Assembly (NCBI GenBank): GCA_044348005.1
Contig: JBIKTR010000006.1
Coordinates: 34,589-98,588, forward strand
Reading direction: 5' to 3'
DNA: 64,000 bases
From: Vampirovibrionales bacterium
GTDB lineage: Bacteria > Cyanobacteriota > Vampirovibrionia > Vampirovibrionales > JAJTHC01
Shown here: one piece after another, positions 48,815 through 59,204 of the stretch
Position numbering within the stretch: the stretch's first letter is position 1
Layout: each line of letters begins with the position of its first letter
Position numbers and translations under genes: made by a program
Notes under the pieces: generated by a model
The model's database searches: none
What the model was told of the DNA's origin: nothing
Seen by the model: the letters and a program-made list of their open reading frames with translations, nothing else

Positions 48815-48865
48815 ACTTCGGCACATGGAGCCTAAACTTGAAGTTTTGTTACAATTTTTTACATT
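48815..48865 (-). promoter_or_regulatory. Sigma28 promoter with upstream HLR1-like direct repeat
   Basis: TCAAGTTT-N11-GCCGAAGT (minus); GTTACAAT-TT-TTTACATT at 48848-48865. Confidence 0.7.
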
Positions 48866-48951
48866 TAGGTTTAATAGAGAAAAAACCAGCACAAACACAG
48901 GAAATGTTCTTAAAGCAAGGAGGTTTAAGCGTCTGAAGCTTCTATCAAACA

Positions 48952-49872
48952 CTATACGCAAGCCGTCATCCACTGTTTGATCGGCTCTTTTAGCACATCA
49001 CGATCTGGTTCAAGCAACACATCATGGTACAGCGTTGGGAAATGAGCCAGTTGGTGAAACGGATGTGGGGGTAATTGCTTGAATGCCTTGTGCATGGTGG
49101 CGGTTTCACAAACCCAGTCTTGCCCAGCGGTCATCATTAAAACAGGCTTTTTAAGCTGTTTGATTTGCCTAGGTGCGTTAAGCTGCCACGGTAAAATAGA
49201 CGTCATAAACCCAAGCGGATGCTGAATCACCCCACCAGCATGATGCGCCTTATAATCTTGACGCAGTTGGGGGCATTGGGTAATGGCATCCATGGTGTAA
49301 GGCAGTGTAAGAAAGGGGTTAGGGCTTTGACGCAAGGTATGAATCACACTTTTGCACAGGGCTGAAGCGATATAGGTGGGGGTGTAGGTTTTACGACACC
49401 CCTGAAAAGCAGGCACAAGAAGAATAATGCCCATGTAGTCGTCTTGCACATCAGCAAGCACATAAAGACTGGTGATCGCCCCTAGGCTAATCGCGGAAAA
49501 GAAGGCGTATTCCATCTGTTGAATATGTAAAGCTGTTTTAAGTGTATTAAGCGCACACAGCGTTTTTAAATCTTCAATACACGCCCGCAAGGTGCTGGCT
49601 TTTAAGTGATGATTCACCCCAAAGGACGGTAAATCTATGCCAATGACAGAATCCAAGGTGCCGGCTTCAATTAACTCTTGCCAAAACACGGAAGCCCACT
49701 GAAAGCTTCCACCTAGGCCTGCTATGTAAACCATGGTTTTCCCAAAATCGCCTTCAGGCAAGCGAGTGCTACGCAAGCCAGTGAGGTAAAAAGGGGCTTG
49801 CCTATTCGGAAGGTGTACGGTTGCCTCTAAGGGGGCAACTGTTTCTTGCATTAACGTGGACATGAGATCCAT
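48952..49872 (-). CDS. Alpha/beta hydrolase (lysophospholipase-like)
   Basis: IDLPSFG, nucleophile AISLG, AGQDWV, YHDVLLEPDR. Confidence 0.75.
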   Translation of the reverse strand: MDLMSTLMQETVAPLEATVHLPNRQAPFYLTGLRSTRLPEGDFGKTMVYIAGLGGSFQWASVFWQELIEAGTLDSVIGIDLPSFGVNHHLKASTLRACIEDLKTLCALNTLKTALHIQQMEYAFFSAISLGAITSLYVLADVQDDYMGIILLVPAFQGCRKTYTPTYIASALCKSVIHTLRQSPNPFLTLPYTMDAITQCPQLRQDYKAHHAGGVIQHPLGFMTSILPWQLNAPRQIKQLKKPVLMMTAGQDWVCETATMHKAFKQLPPHPFHQLAHFPTLYHDVLLEPDRDVLKEPIKQWMTACV

Positions 49873-51992
49873 TCCTCTATAAAGGCCTTGGCTTGGCGTT
49901 CGGCATGGCTAGGGGCATAACGGTGGGCGACTTCACGCAGACGTTCTTCCCTTAATTCAAGCCGTTGGGCTTCCGAAAGAGCAAGAAGGGCTTGAAGGGC
50001 GGGCATTTCATCCGTAGAAAATACGGGGGTAGCAAAGGCTTCGGCTTGCTGAATTAAAACAGACGTATGCGGGCTAAGGTTGAGCATGGCATCCGCCACT
50101 TGAAAGAGCTTAAGGGCCTCAGGCGTAGGCAACGACATCCACACCAAGCGAGGTAACCCCTTCGGATACAAGGCGTGCAAACGTTCTTGCATGGCTTCTA
50201 ACAAACGAGCTTCCCCTTTAAAATACAACGCCAGTTGAAGGGAGGGGTGACGTTGCAGCAACGCATCGAGCTGGTGAATAACCGTCGCATTCCACACGGC
50301 AGGGAAGACTTCAATCGCCACCAGCGGGTAACCATAATGGGCGCCAAAATCTTCCTTAAAGCGCTTACTGATGGAGGCCAAGGGACGCAACGGCGCAGAC
50401 AACGGCACGCTCAAGGTGGCTAAATCTATTTGACGAGGGGCGTAGTGACCTAGGGCCAGTGCTGTACTGACGATGTCTCGTTGGGCGTCACTAAAAAGCA
50501 AGACATCTGGGGCCAGTTGGTCAAGGGTTTGTTGAAGGGTCGACCATTCATGGGGCGCAATGGCTTGCCTCGTGTCTTCCGCCTGAAAACGACTGCCCTT
50601 AGGGGCTTCAATACTAGGGCCAATGTTTAACCAATGCAGGTGAAAGGTACTTCGATCCAACGCGTTCAGTACAGGCATCCAAGGCGGGGTGGGGGATTCT
50701 GTGTGACTTAAAGCCCGTGTAACAATACAAATATGCGTTTTAGAACGAGGTTCACGTGGAGCTAAGGCCAGTTGAGCTTCACGCTGAATACCGTGGAGCG
50801 CGGTTTTCCACAAGGCCTGAAGTGACTCATTCCACACGCCTTGATCTTTAAGATGTTGAGGCGTAATACCCACTTCAACCGCTGGGTTTTCAATACGTGG
50901 GGGATTAAAAGACAAGGCCTTGAACGACAGGTGTAAGCGATGCACCAAGGCGTCTTTTTCGGCTTGTGTGTGGGGGGGCAACGCAGGAGCCACCAGAGAT
51001 TTTCGCAATTCTAAGGCACGATTTCCCGTCTGTTCTAGGGCATGATTATAGGCGTCAATGGCTTTTTCGCATTCGCCCAGTAAATCATAGGCATCCCCCG
51101 CTTGAATCCAGGCAGAGCTGTAATGAGGGTGGGCCTCCAACAAGCGTTCAAGCACTTGCAGGCGAGCGTCTTGCTTGCCTTGCTCAGCCAGCAAATGCGC
51201 CAAGGCTTCTAGGGCTTCGGCATCGTTGGGGTGAATTTCTAAAATCGTGACCAAATGCGTCATGGCTTTGAGTGAATCGCCCGCTTGGGCAAAGTAGGTG
51301 GCCATTTGACGATGTAATTCAGGCGCATTTTTATCGAATTCAACGGCGGTTTCATACGCCGTTTGTGCGTCATGCAAACGTTCCAGCCGTTCAAGGCAAA
51401 CACCTTTTAAAAAATACAGCATGGCCTGTTCAGGGTGAGTTTCTAGGCGTTGTGCTATGACGTTTAAGGCATTTTCAAAGGCGTCATGGCGCACGTAAAA
51501 CTGGTAAGCCTTTAGAGTGACGTCTACCGCTTGGGGGTGGGTGGCAGGCGCCAGTAAAAGCGCTTCTTCTAAGGCAGACGCACTTTCATCTAGAAACTGT
51601 TGTGCTTCAAGAGCGTCTGCCAAAAGCAGGTAGGCGTCTAGGGTGGCTTTGCTGTGTGGAAGGCTAAGGGCTTTGTGCAAGGCTTCAATGGCGAGTGAAA
51701 AGTCTTGACAAGCAAGGTAGGCTTGAGCCAAGGATGCCCATACGTCCACTTGATTGGGGGCTAGGTGGCTGGCTTGTTCGAGCAGGACGACCGCTTTTTT
51801 AGGAGAGTCCGCATAAGTCAAAATGGCCTGAGCAAGGGCATAAGGGAATTGCCACACCTGAGGATTGGCTTCCATGGCTTGCAGTAAGACGGCTTGCCCT
51901 TGGTTGAAGGCCGTTTCTTGGAACAAGGTTTCAGCTTCTTCAAGCAAGGCGTAATGAGCGTCAGAGAGGGCATTGTTTTGACACAGCGTCAT
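49851..51992 (-). CDS. TPR-repeat protein with possible degenerate glycosyltransferase-like C-terminus
   Basis: Multiple TPR helices; C-terminal PDVLLFSD...APRQI is reminiscent of OGT/SPINDLY-like proteins. Confidence 0.7.
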   Translation of the reverse strand: MTLCQNNALSDAHYALLEEAETLFQETAFNQGQAVLLQAMEANPQVWQFPYALAQAILTYADSPKKAVVLLEQASHLAPNQVDVWASLAQAYLACQDFSLAIEALHKALSLPHSKATLDAYLLLADALEAQQFLDESASALEEALLLAPATHPQAVDVTLKAYQFYVRHDAFENALNVIAQRLETHPEQAMLYFLKGVCLERLERLHDAQTAYETAVEFDKNAPELHRQMATYFAQAGDSLKAMTHLVTILEIHPNDAEALEALAHLLAEQGKQDARLQVLERLLEAHPHYSSAWIQAGDAYDLLGECEKAIDAYNHALEQTGNRALELRKSLVAPALPPHTQAEKDALVHRLHLSFKALSFNPPRIENPAVEVGITPQHLKDQGVWNESLQALWKTALHGIQREAQLALAPREPRSKTHICIVTRALSHTESPTPPWMPVLNALDRSTFHLHWLNIGPSIEAPKGSRFQAEDTRQAIAPHEWSTLQQTLDQLAPDVLLFSDAQRDIVSTALALGHYAPRQIDLATLSVPLSAPLRPLASISKRFKEDFGAHYGYPLVAIEVFPAVWNATVIHQLDALLQRHPSLQLALYFKGEARLLEAMQERLHALYPKGLPRLVWMSLPTPEALKLFQVADAMLNLSPHTSVLIQQAEAFATPVFSTDEMPALQALLALSEAQRLELREERLREVAHRYAPSHAERQAKAFIEEWISCPR

Positions 51993-52092
51993 AGAGGGGA
52001 TTCTTTCTATAGGTTTAGAACATTTAATGCTATTATAGTATAAAATAGGAGTAACCACACTATAGAATACAGAGATAAAGAGAGACACCCCC

Positions 52093-52872
52093 ATGCGCAT
52101 TTTAATTTCAAACGATGACGGCATTCAAGCGAGCGGGATTCACGCCCTGGCCAAAGCCTTGAGTCAAGATCACGACGTATACGTGGTGGCCCCTGAAAAA
52201 GAACAATCAGCTCAAGGCCATGCCTTGACGCTGCATCACCCCTTGCGGGCGTATGACTTTACCGCCACGTTTAACAAAGAAGGGGCCAATGTGAAGCAAG
52301 CCCTTTCCATTTCTGGCACACCCAGTGACTGTGTGAAGTTGGCTATTACCACGCTTTTAAAAGATGTTTGCGTCGATGTGGTGATTTCAGGCATGAATCA
52401 TGGCCCAAATCTTGGGGGCGATGTCGTGTATTCAGGCACGGTTTCAGCCGCCCTAGAAGCCGCCATGAATGGCATACCCGCTATTGCCACCAGTGCCTTA
52501 GACGGGTACAATCCCTTGTTTGATTATGAGGATGCGTGTTCCTATTTGGCGGGGGTATTGCCGAAGTTGGTGGCTTTACTCAAGCATTCTTCTTGCATGG
52601 TTTTAAATGTAAATGTGCCTGCAGTAGAAGCCCAGTATTACGCAGGTTTAAAGCTCTGTAAGTTGGGGCGTCGGATGTACAGCGATTTTTACGAAAAGCG
52701 TCAAGATCCGCGAGGCATTACGTATTACTGGCTGGCTGGGGAATTAGTCCTGACGACGTCAGACTCAGAAGAAGATGTTGAAGCCATTCGCAACAATTAC
52801 GTCACGGTTACGCCCATTCATGCGGATTTAACAGATGAAACCGTTTATGCGCTTTTAGACGGCAAATTGTAA
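52093..52872 (+). CDS. surE: 5'/3'-nucleotidase SurE
   Basis: MRILISNDDG, GTPSDCV, SGMNHGPNLG...YSGTV. Confidence 0.95.
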   Translation: MRILISNDDGIQASGIHALAKALSQDHDVYVVAPEKEQSAQGHALTLHHPLRAYDFTATFNKEGANVKQALSISGTPSDCVKLAITTLLKDVCVDVVISGMNHGPNLGGDVVYSGTVSAALEAAMNGIPAIATSALDGYNPLFDYEDACSYLAGVLPKLVALLKHSSCMVLNVNVPAVEAQYYAGLKLCKLGRRMYSDFYEKRQDPRGITYYWLAGELVLTTSDSEEDVEAIRNNYVTVTPIHADLTDETVYALLDGKL

Positions 52873-52873
52873 T

Positions 52874-54385
52874 TTAACCCACCATATTGATAATGTTTTT
52901 ATAGATTTCATTATAGGTTTGCACGATGCGAGAGGACGCTTCAAACATCCGCTGAAACTTAATCATATCCAGCCCCTCTTCATCGGTATTTACCCCTGAA
53001 ACCGCTTGACGATTGGCTTGCAATTGATTCAATAAATCTTCTTGGCTTTGGTTACGATCACTATAGCTTTTGGTATCGGTTCCCAAAGCGGAAACAACGT
53101 TTTGATGAAACCCTTCTAGTGTATTATTGTTTAACACTGAAAAAACGGTATTCTTCAGTGCAGCCATGCTCCCCGCGTTACGAGAATCCCCCACGCCTGC
53201 GAAGTTGCTTGGGGCGCTTGGGTCATTATTGGCTAGGGCGATTTTGTCCATGTTATTGTCAAATGCGGAATTAACGTTCAAATAAAGTAATTTAGGCCCT
53301 GAAACCCAAGATGCCGAAAGCGTGTACAAATCGGTGTAAGCGTCCGCCGTGTGAAGTGTGCCGGCTAAATCACGACCCGTGGCTTGCAAGTTGTTGAAAT
53401 TGGTGGCCAGCGTTTCCAACATTTTAGAAAGATCTTCAAAGGAAGAATAGACGTTTTTAATGGAGGTATTGTTGCCAGCGACATCTAAAACGGCCTTCAC
53501 TTCTCCAGAAGCGATGCTGTCGGTAAGGTCAACCGCACCTGTAACAGTGGTAATGCGCGCGGGGATTCTGTCTGCATTTGGTGCTGTACTAGCGGTTAAA
53601 GCCAGCGTATCTAAAACTTTAGCGCCCTTTAAAATTTCTTGCCCGCCGATACTAAGACCGACTTGGTAGTTGGGCAATTCAGTTGTTTTTACATCAATGA
53701 CCTTTGAAATCTGTTCGAGCAGTAAGTTTCGCTTGTCGATTAAATCATTAGGAACCGCATTGGCTGACGTTGAACTCATAATTTGTCGGTTTAAATCCGC
53801 AATTAATTCGATTTTGGCGTTGACGTCATTCACTCTTAAACCCAATTGACTATTGGGCCAGCTTCCTGCGGTGGAATCCCCCACAAGGCTTTTATGAAGA
53901 TCCAGAAGCTGTTGCCCTTGTTGTTTAAAAACGCGAATCATGTCCCGACTTTGTTGAATAAAGGCGGTACGGGCAGGCAGGCTTTGTGGATTGTTTCGCA
54001 TATCTGAAACGGCGTCAAACATCGCTTGCACACGGTTTGAAAGTCCTGAAAAGGAGGGTTCCCCAATAATGCCCTCGGTTTGTCCTAAAAACGTTGCGGC
54101 CGTTTTGACTTCGCCTTGAACCGCTTGTTCTTGGCGGTACTGTTTGTCTAAAAAATTATTTCTTAGTTGGGTAACGCCTGTTACATCCGTACCTTGACCC
54201 GTGAAATACAGGCCACTGGTCGTTTCAAGCGGGTTTGCGGTGGAAAGATCAACCCGTTGGCGTGTGTAGCCTTCTACATTTGCGTTTGCAACGTTATGGT
54301 TGACGACATTCAACCCCGTTTGTGCCGCCAGTAGACTACGTTGTGCGGTATGAAATCCGAAAAAGCTTGGGCTAATACTCATCAT
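52874..54385 (-). CDS. flgK: Flagellar hook-associated protein FlgK
   Basis: NHNVANANVEGYTRQRV; C-terminal VSGVNTDEE..MIKFQRMFEASSR. Confidence 0.92.
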   Translation of the reverse strand: MMSISPSFFGFHTAQRSLLAAQTGLNVVNHNVANANVEGYTRQRVDLSTANPLETTSGLYFTGQGTDVTGVTQLRNNFLDKQYRQEQAVQGEVKTAATFLGQTEGIIGEPSFSGLSNRVQAMFDAVSDMRNNPQSLPARTAFIQQSRDMIRVFKQQGQQLLDLHKSLVGDSTAGSWPNSQLGLRVNDVNAKIELIADLNRQIMSSTSANAVPNDLIDKRNLLLEQISKVIDVKTTELPNYQVGLSIGGQEILKGAKVLDTLALTASTAPNADRIPARITTVTGAVDLTDSIASGEVKAVLDVAGNNTSIKNVYSSFEDLSKMLETLATNFNNLQATGRDLAGTLHTADAYTDLYTLSASWVSGPKLLYLNVNSAFDNNMDKIALANNDPSAPSNFAGVGDSRNAGSMAALKNTVFSVLNNNTLEGFHQNVVSALGTDTKSYSDRNQSQEDLLNQLQANRQAVSGVNTDEEGLDMIKFQRMFEASSRIVQTYNEIYKNIINMVG

Positions 54386-54439
54386 GGGGTAGGCGTTTCT
54401 TTCTGATTCGTTTGCGGGGCATTTTGAGGCAACCCGTGG

Positions 54440-55015
54440 CTAGACTTGACGTTGCAGGGTACTGATGCGTTGTGAGTTCTTGGTTTTGCCACGGGCATTG
54501 TAGGTAAGTTCTTTCTGTCCCGCTTGCATGTGTTCCTTCACCCACGCCATGCCTTGATTCACCCAGTCTAAAGACGCGTGCAATAAGCGTTGCGTTTCTT
54601 CTTGCAGTTGGGCCACTTGTGTTAAGGTCACTTTTAAATCGTGACGCACTTGATTGAAGCGTTCTTTTTGATCGTTGGGCATGGCCAGTAAAATCATCGT
54701 GGCATGCACAGGTTCAAGGGCAAGAGGCCAAAACTCCTGAAGCATTTGCAGGCGTTGTTCTTCAAGTGAATCGAGCTGTTTACGAAGCTTTTTGAGTGCT
54801 TTGTCTTGAACGGGTAAATCCATAATACTTTGTTTTAACAGGCTGACCTTTTTTTGCAATAACACGTCTTGCACCGTTTGGTAAATGGCTAGTTGTTGTT
54901 GTAAATTGTCAATCATGGCGACGGCCTGGTACGGCGTCAAATCGCTCAAAATCGGGACGTGTGTTTCCGACGCTGTAGAGGTTGTTTGTTGCAAGTGTTC
55001 TGAAATCATAAGCAT
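54440..55015 (-). CDS. flgN: FlgN-like flagellar export chaperone
   Basis: Helical protein ending TYNARGK, immediately upstream of flgK. Confidence 0.6.
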   Translation of the reverse strand: MLMISEHLQQTTSTASETHVPILSDLTPYQAVAMIDNLQQQLAIYQTVQDVLLQKKVSLLKQSIMDLPVQDKALKKLRKQLDSLEEQRLQMLQEFWPLALEPVHATMILLAMPNDQKERFNQVRHDLKVTLTQVAQLQEETQRLLHASLDWVNQGMAWVKEHMQAGQKELTYNARGKTKNSQRISTLQRQV

Positions 55016-55042
55016 CTATTTCTTCTTTAGGGTTGGGGGGCG

Positions 55043-55603
55043 TTATATTTTAAGATCCACAAACAGGCTTTTTCGCGTTGCATAAGCGCGTTCAATGGCG
55101 GATTGATCCACCCCTACAAAACCCGCCTTTTCAGCGACAGATTGAATATCTCCCACTGGCAGACCAAAACGACCTTGGGTTAAAGGAGGAGGGGGGAGTA
55201 AGGTTCGAGTTCGAGGGGCTTGTATGGGTGAAGGGTCGTCCTTTAAATCGATGGACGATTGAACTGGAGGTTGAACTTGCGACTGAACTTGATCTTGAAA
55301 ACGACTGTAGTCCTGCTCACGCAAGGCTGAACTCAGTAGAGCGGGGGCTGAAGGAACAGTGCTAGAAGTTGTGTTGGCAAAAGGTGTAGACTCTAAAGAC
55401 GTTTCTACACGATTGGGTGAACCCACCCCCGTTTTCGATGCTTCAACCTGCTGGGTTTGTTGAAGATTGCTTGAAAAAACAGGAAGGGCGTTGCTTGTGG
55501 GTGGTGCATTATTTTGTTGAAGTCGTTCACGAACCGCTTTAAGGCGTTCCATATTAAGTTTGGATTGCGTCGTGTGCGACGTAATGCGACTCATCATCAT
55601 CAT
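55043..55603 (-). CDS. Hypothetical protein in the flagellar cluster
   Basis: Low-complexity N-terminal region and short folded C-terminus; co-oriented with flgN-flgK. Confidence 0.6.
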   Translation of the reverse strand: MMMMSRITSHTTQSKLNMERLKAVRERLQQNNAPPTSNALPVFSSNLQQTQQVEASKTGVGSPNRVETSLESTPFANTTSSTVPSAPALLSSALREQDYSRFQDQVQSQVQPPVQSSIDLKDDPSPIQAPRTRTLLPPPPLTQGRFGLPVGDIQSVAEKAGFVGVDQSAIERAYATRKSLFVDLKI

Positions 55604-55844
55604 TCTGTTGTTCTCTCTCTTTTAATGGTGTTAGTTTAGACCCATCCAGTTCCATTCGTAGTATGACGCCTTATGCTTAGTCCCTTGATTCACCTTGAGG
55701 CGTATTTTTAGTATCCATAGGTTAAGAAATAGGTTTTCACCCTTTCAGGAATGAAAACCTTGAACCTATTAGCCCTGTATTCAATGGACTGTATGAACAT
55801 TAGTCGGATTTAAGTAGAACAAGCAAAATGGATGCGAAAAGAGG

Positions 55845-56609
55845 TCAATCTACACGATAAGCATTCTTTTCGCGATGACTCCGCATCCACAACACAAGCC
55901 CAATCGCCACCGCCAACAAACTAAACCATTGAGAAACAGAAAGTTGCCCGTCAATCAGTAGTTTGTCGCCTCTCAACAGTTCCATAAAAAAACGTAAAAT
56001 CCCATAACCAAAGAAAAACAAACTGATATTAAAGCCCTTCCACACCCGTTGCTTTGAAACGGGAAGCATCCATAGGATGAGTAGCAACAGCCCGAACGCT
56101 TCATACAACTGCACGGCATGCACGCCAGCACCGAGTGTCGCGTGGGTGGAAGGGTAGTGAACAGCAAGGGCTTCTATTGAACAGGGCGTGCCGTAGCAAC
56201 AGCCAGCTAAAAAACATCCCAAGCGGCCAAAGGCCACACCGAGCAATACCCCTGGTGCAAAGGCATCCGCCAAGGTAACCAGCGAATACGGCGAACGTTT
56301 GGCTAAGACGTAAAACACCACAAGGCCTGCAAAAAATCCGCCATACAACACCAATCCCCCTGAACTCAACATGAACTCAAGAGGACTGGCCCAAAACAGC
56401 TGAGGATGATAAAACGCATTCAACGCACGAGCACCCAAAAATCCTGCCAATACCAACACCAAAATCCACGACGGTAAAAAGTCGTAAGTCCCCACGCGCC
56501 ACTTCAGTTGCCACGCAATCAATAGCGTACCCAGCAACATGCCCAAGGCACAAAAGGCCCCATAACTATAGAAGGTAAATGGTCCAAATTGAAGTAAAAT
56601 AGGGTGCAT
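55845..56609 (-). CDS. lgt: Prolipoprotein diacylglyceryl transferase
   Basis: GGLVLYGG, GRLGCFLAGCCYG, HAVQLYE, RFFMELLRGD. Confidence 0.92.
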   Translation of the reverse strand: MHPILLQFGPFTFYSYGAFCALGMLLGTLLIAWQLKWRVGTYDFLPSWILVLVLAGFLGARALNAFYHPQLFWASPLEFMLSSGGLVLYGGFFAGLVVFYVLAKRSPYSLVTLADAFAPGVLLGVAFGRLGCFLAGCCYGTPCSIEALAVHYPSTHATLGAGVHAVQLYEAFGLLLLILWMLPVSKQRVWKGFNISLFFFGYGILRFFMELLRGDKLLIDGQLSVSQWFSLLAVAIGLVLWMRSHREKNAYRVD

Positions 56610-56628
56610 GGTAAGAAAACCCCTGTTT

Positions 56629-58197
56629 TTAGGAAGAACGCATTGCTTTTAAGTGGGCCAACGCCACTTGCGTATCATCAAAATCAATGGTGCCTGTCGC
56701 TAAAATCTGATACGTTTCATGCCCCTTGCCTGCTAAAACCACAATATCATGGGGTTTTGCCCAATCTAAGGCGGTGGCAATCGCGGTGGCACGATCGCTA
56801 ATGACTTTAATTTTTTCGGGGGAAACCTCTTGCAAGCCCGTTAAAATATCGGCAATAATTTGTTCTGGGTCTTCGGTTCGGGGGTTGTCACTGGTAATCA
56901 CCATTTTATGGGCCCATTTTTCAGCAATCGCGGCCATTTTTGGGCGCTTGGTGGCATCACGATCGCCCCCACAACCAAAGACGGCAATCAGTTGGCCCCC
57001 TTCAGGCAAAACGGCTTGAGCCGATTTTAGCACGTTGTCTAACCCATCAGGGGTGTGTGCATAATCTACAATCACATAAGGGGCTTGGTGAATGACTTCA
57101 AAGCGTCCGTGCACGCCTGGTTCGGCTTGAAGAGTAGCCACAATTAGGGGTAAATCCAGTCCCAAACCGATGCCAGCCCCTATGGCGGCAAGGGCGTTAT
57201 AAACGCTGAATTCGCCTGCAAGCTTAATATGAAGCGACGCATTGCCGATCGGTGTTTCTAAATCAAAGGAAGACCCTTCAATGGTAAAGCGAACATTTTT
57301 GGCGCGAATGTTGGCCAAAGGGTGATGAATACCAAAGCGAAGGATACTTACCCCAGCAGGGCAGGCGTTGATGAAATGTTCATGCCAAGGGTCATCCACA
57401 TTGATCACGGCGGTTTTTGTGGTGGGGGACTTGCCTTGAGCCATACGCTTGAACAGTTGGGCTTTTGCTTCGGCGTATTTTTCCATGGTGATGTGGTAAT
57501 CAAGATGGTCTTGCGTCAGATTCGTGATGACGCCCACTTGAAAATCGACAGTGGCGGTACGGTATTGATCGAGGGCATGCGAACTCACTTCCATAACCAC
57601 GGATTCAATCCCATCGGCCTTCATTTCCGCCAAGTGGGCTTGCAAGGCATCCGCCAAAGGGGTCGTATGCCCCGTTTCCACAAAGTGCGCGTCTTGACAA
57701 ACGCCTGATTCAAGAGAATTGCTATGACGCACCCCTAGTGTGCCAATCAATCCCACCGATTTGCCTGACGCTTTCAGCAATTTTTCAATCAAATGCGTGA
57801 CGGTGGTTTTGCCATTGGTGCCAGTTACGCCCACACATTGCAGAGTTTTCGCGGGTATTCCATGTACAAAGGCTGAAGCAAAGGCAAAGGCTTCCGTGGT
57901 ATTGCTTACACGAACAATAGCCGTAGATTCTTCGCCCGAGCTTTGGAATCGGCCGTCCTGCACAAAAATAACCGACGCTCCTTTTGCAATGGCTTCTGGG
58001 ATGAATTGATGAGCATCCGCATGACTACCCACTAGTGCAAAGAACAGGCTTCCTTCTTCGACGTTTTGGGTATTGGAAACCACCGTTGTAAACGTCAAAG
58101 CCCCTAGCGAGCTACCTGAATGGAGTAAACGCGGGGCAAGTTCGGGGGCTTCTGTTTTAAGAAAATCGATCAATTCTTTTAAGCTATGTGTCATCAC
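56629..58197 (-). CDS. murE: UDP-MurNAc-tripeptide synthetase (meso-DAP ligase)
   Basis: GVTGTNGKTT, MEVSSH, DYAHTPD, GCGGDRD, DNPR. Confidence 0.95.
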   Translation of the reverse strand: MMTHSLKELIDFLKTEAPELAPRLLHSGSSLGALTFTTVVSNTQNVEEGSLFFALVGSHADAHQFIPEAIAKGASVIFVQDGRFQSSGEESTAIVRVSNTTEAFAFASAFVHGIPAKTLQCVGVTGTNGKTTVTHLIEKLLKASGKSVGLIGTLGVRHSNSLESGVCQDAHFVETGHTTPLADALQAHLAEMKADGIESVVMEVSSHALDQYRTATVDFQVGVITNLTQDHLDYHITMEKYAEAKAQLFKRMAQGKSPTTKTAVINVDDPWHEHFINACPAGVSILRFGIHHPLANIRAKNVRFTIEGSSFDLETPIGNASLHIKLAGEFSVYNALAAIGAGIGLGLDLPLIVATLQAEPGVHGRFEVIHQAPYVIVDYAHTPDGLDNVLKSAQAVLPEGGQLIAVFGCGGDRDATKRPKMAAIAEKWAHKMVITSDNPRTEDPEQIIADILTGLQEVSPEKIKVISDRATAIATALDWAKPHDIVVLAGKGHETYQILATGTIDFDDTQVALAHLKAMRSS

Positions 58198-58280
58198 TGT
58201 CTCTCAAGGGTCATATTTATAGAATGATGAATACACGCAGGCTTGAACGAGCAAGCCTGCGTTCGATTCAAAACGACGAG

Positions 58281-59204
58281 TTAGTATTGACCAAAAATGT
58301 CATGGACGTTTTTGGTAATGTCAAGGGCTTCATCCATCGGGCGTTGCCACATGTTACGACCAAAAATCAAGCCAATCGCGCCTGATTGAAACGCGGTGTG
58401 GACGTTACCGTATAATTCATCATGACTGACTTTGGAACCACCAGAGAAAATCACTTTGGTTTTGCTACCCGCGGCATTCACCACGGATTGAGCGGCTTCT
58501 AAGGTCGTGTATTGCAATTCATTGTAAGGAGCAGGATAGCTACTACGCTTAGAGTCAATCGTTTCAGGGTAATTGACTTTTACAATATCTGCCCCGAGTT
58601 CAGCCCCAACACGAGCCGCATACTGAACGGCGTACAAGCTGTTTTTACCGCCTTTTTTGTCGACATCTTTCCCACGAGGGTAGGCCCACATAATAATAGG
58701 CATGCCATATTTTTCAGCGTCGCGACGCACTTCACGGAACTGAGCCAAGTCTTCATCTTGACGAGGAGAACCGACAAACAAGGTGTAGCCCACTGCATCG
58801 GCCCCTAGGCGAACGGCATCTTCAACCGTGGCGTTCAAAGGTGAAAAGGCTTCATCGTCAGAAGGGATGCAAGTCTTACCGTTTAATTTTAATACCAACG
58901 GCACTTTGCCTGCATATTCATGGTAATACTTTTCAGCCAAACCAATTTGTAAGGCAATGGCCGAAAAGCCTCCAGCAATGGCCAACTTGTATTGAAAATC
59001 AGGATCCGCACACGCCATTACGTTGTTGTTGTCGTCAAAGAAATCAACAGGCCCATGTTCTAAACCTTGATCAATAGGTAAAATCATCAATTTACCGTTA
59101 CCGGGTCCAAATTGATACATCAGGCGTTGCAAACGCACTTTTTTTCCTGTGGAAAGGTTGAGACTGTCTAAAACAGAACTAGGTGCAGACATTACAGTGG
59201 TCAT
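58281..59204 (-). CDS. fbaB: Class I fructose-bisphosphate aldolase (DhnA/FbaB family)
   Basis: LPIDQGLEHGP, AVRLGADAVG, WAYPRG, ADIVKV, GRNMWQR. Confidence 0.85.
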   Translation of the reverse strand: MTTVMSAPSSVLDSLNLSTGKKVRLQRLMYQFGPGNGKLMILPIDQGLEHGPVDFFDDNNNVMACADPDFQYKLAIAGGFSAIALQIGLAEKYYHEYAGKVPLVLKLNGKTCIPSDDEAFSPLNATVEDAVRLGADAVGYTLFVGSPRQDEDLAQFREVRRDAEKYGMPIIMWAYPRGKDVDKKGGKNSLYAVQYAARVGAELGADIVKVNYPETIDSKRSSYPAPYNELQYTTLEAAQSVVNAAGSKTKVIFSGGSKVSHDELYGNVHTAFQSGAIGLIFGRNMWQRPMDEALDITKNVHDIFGQY

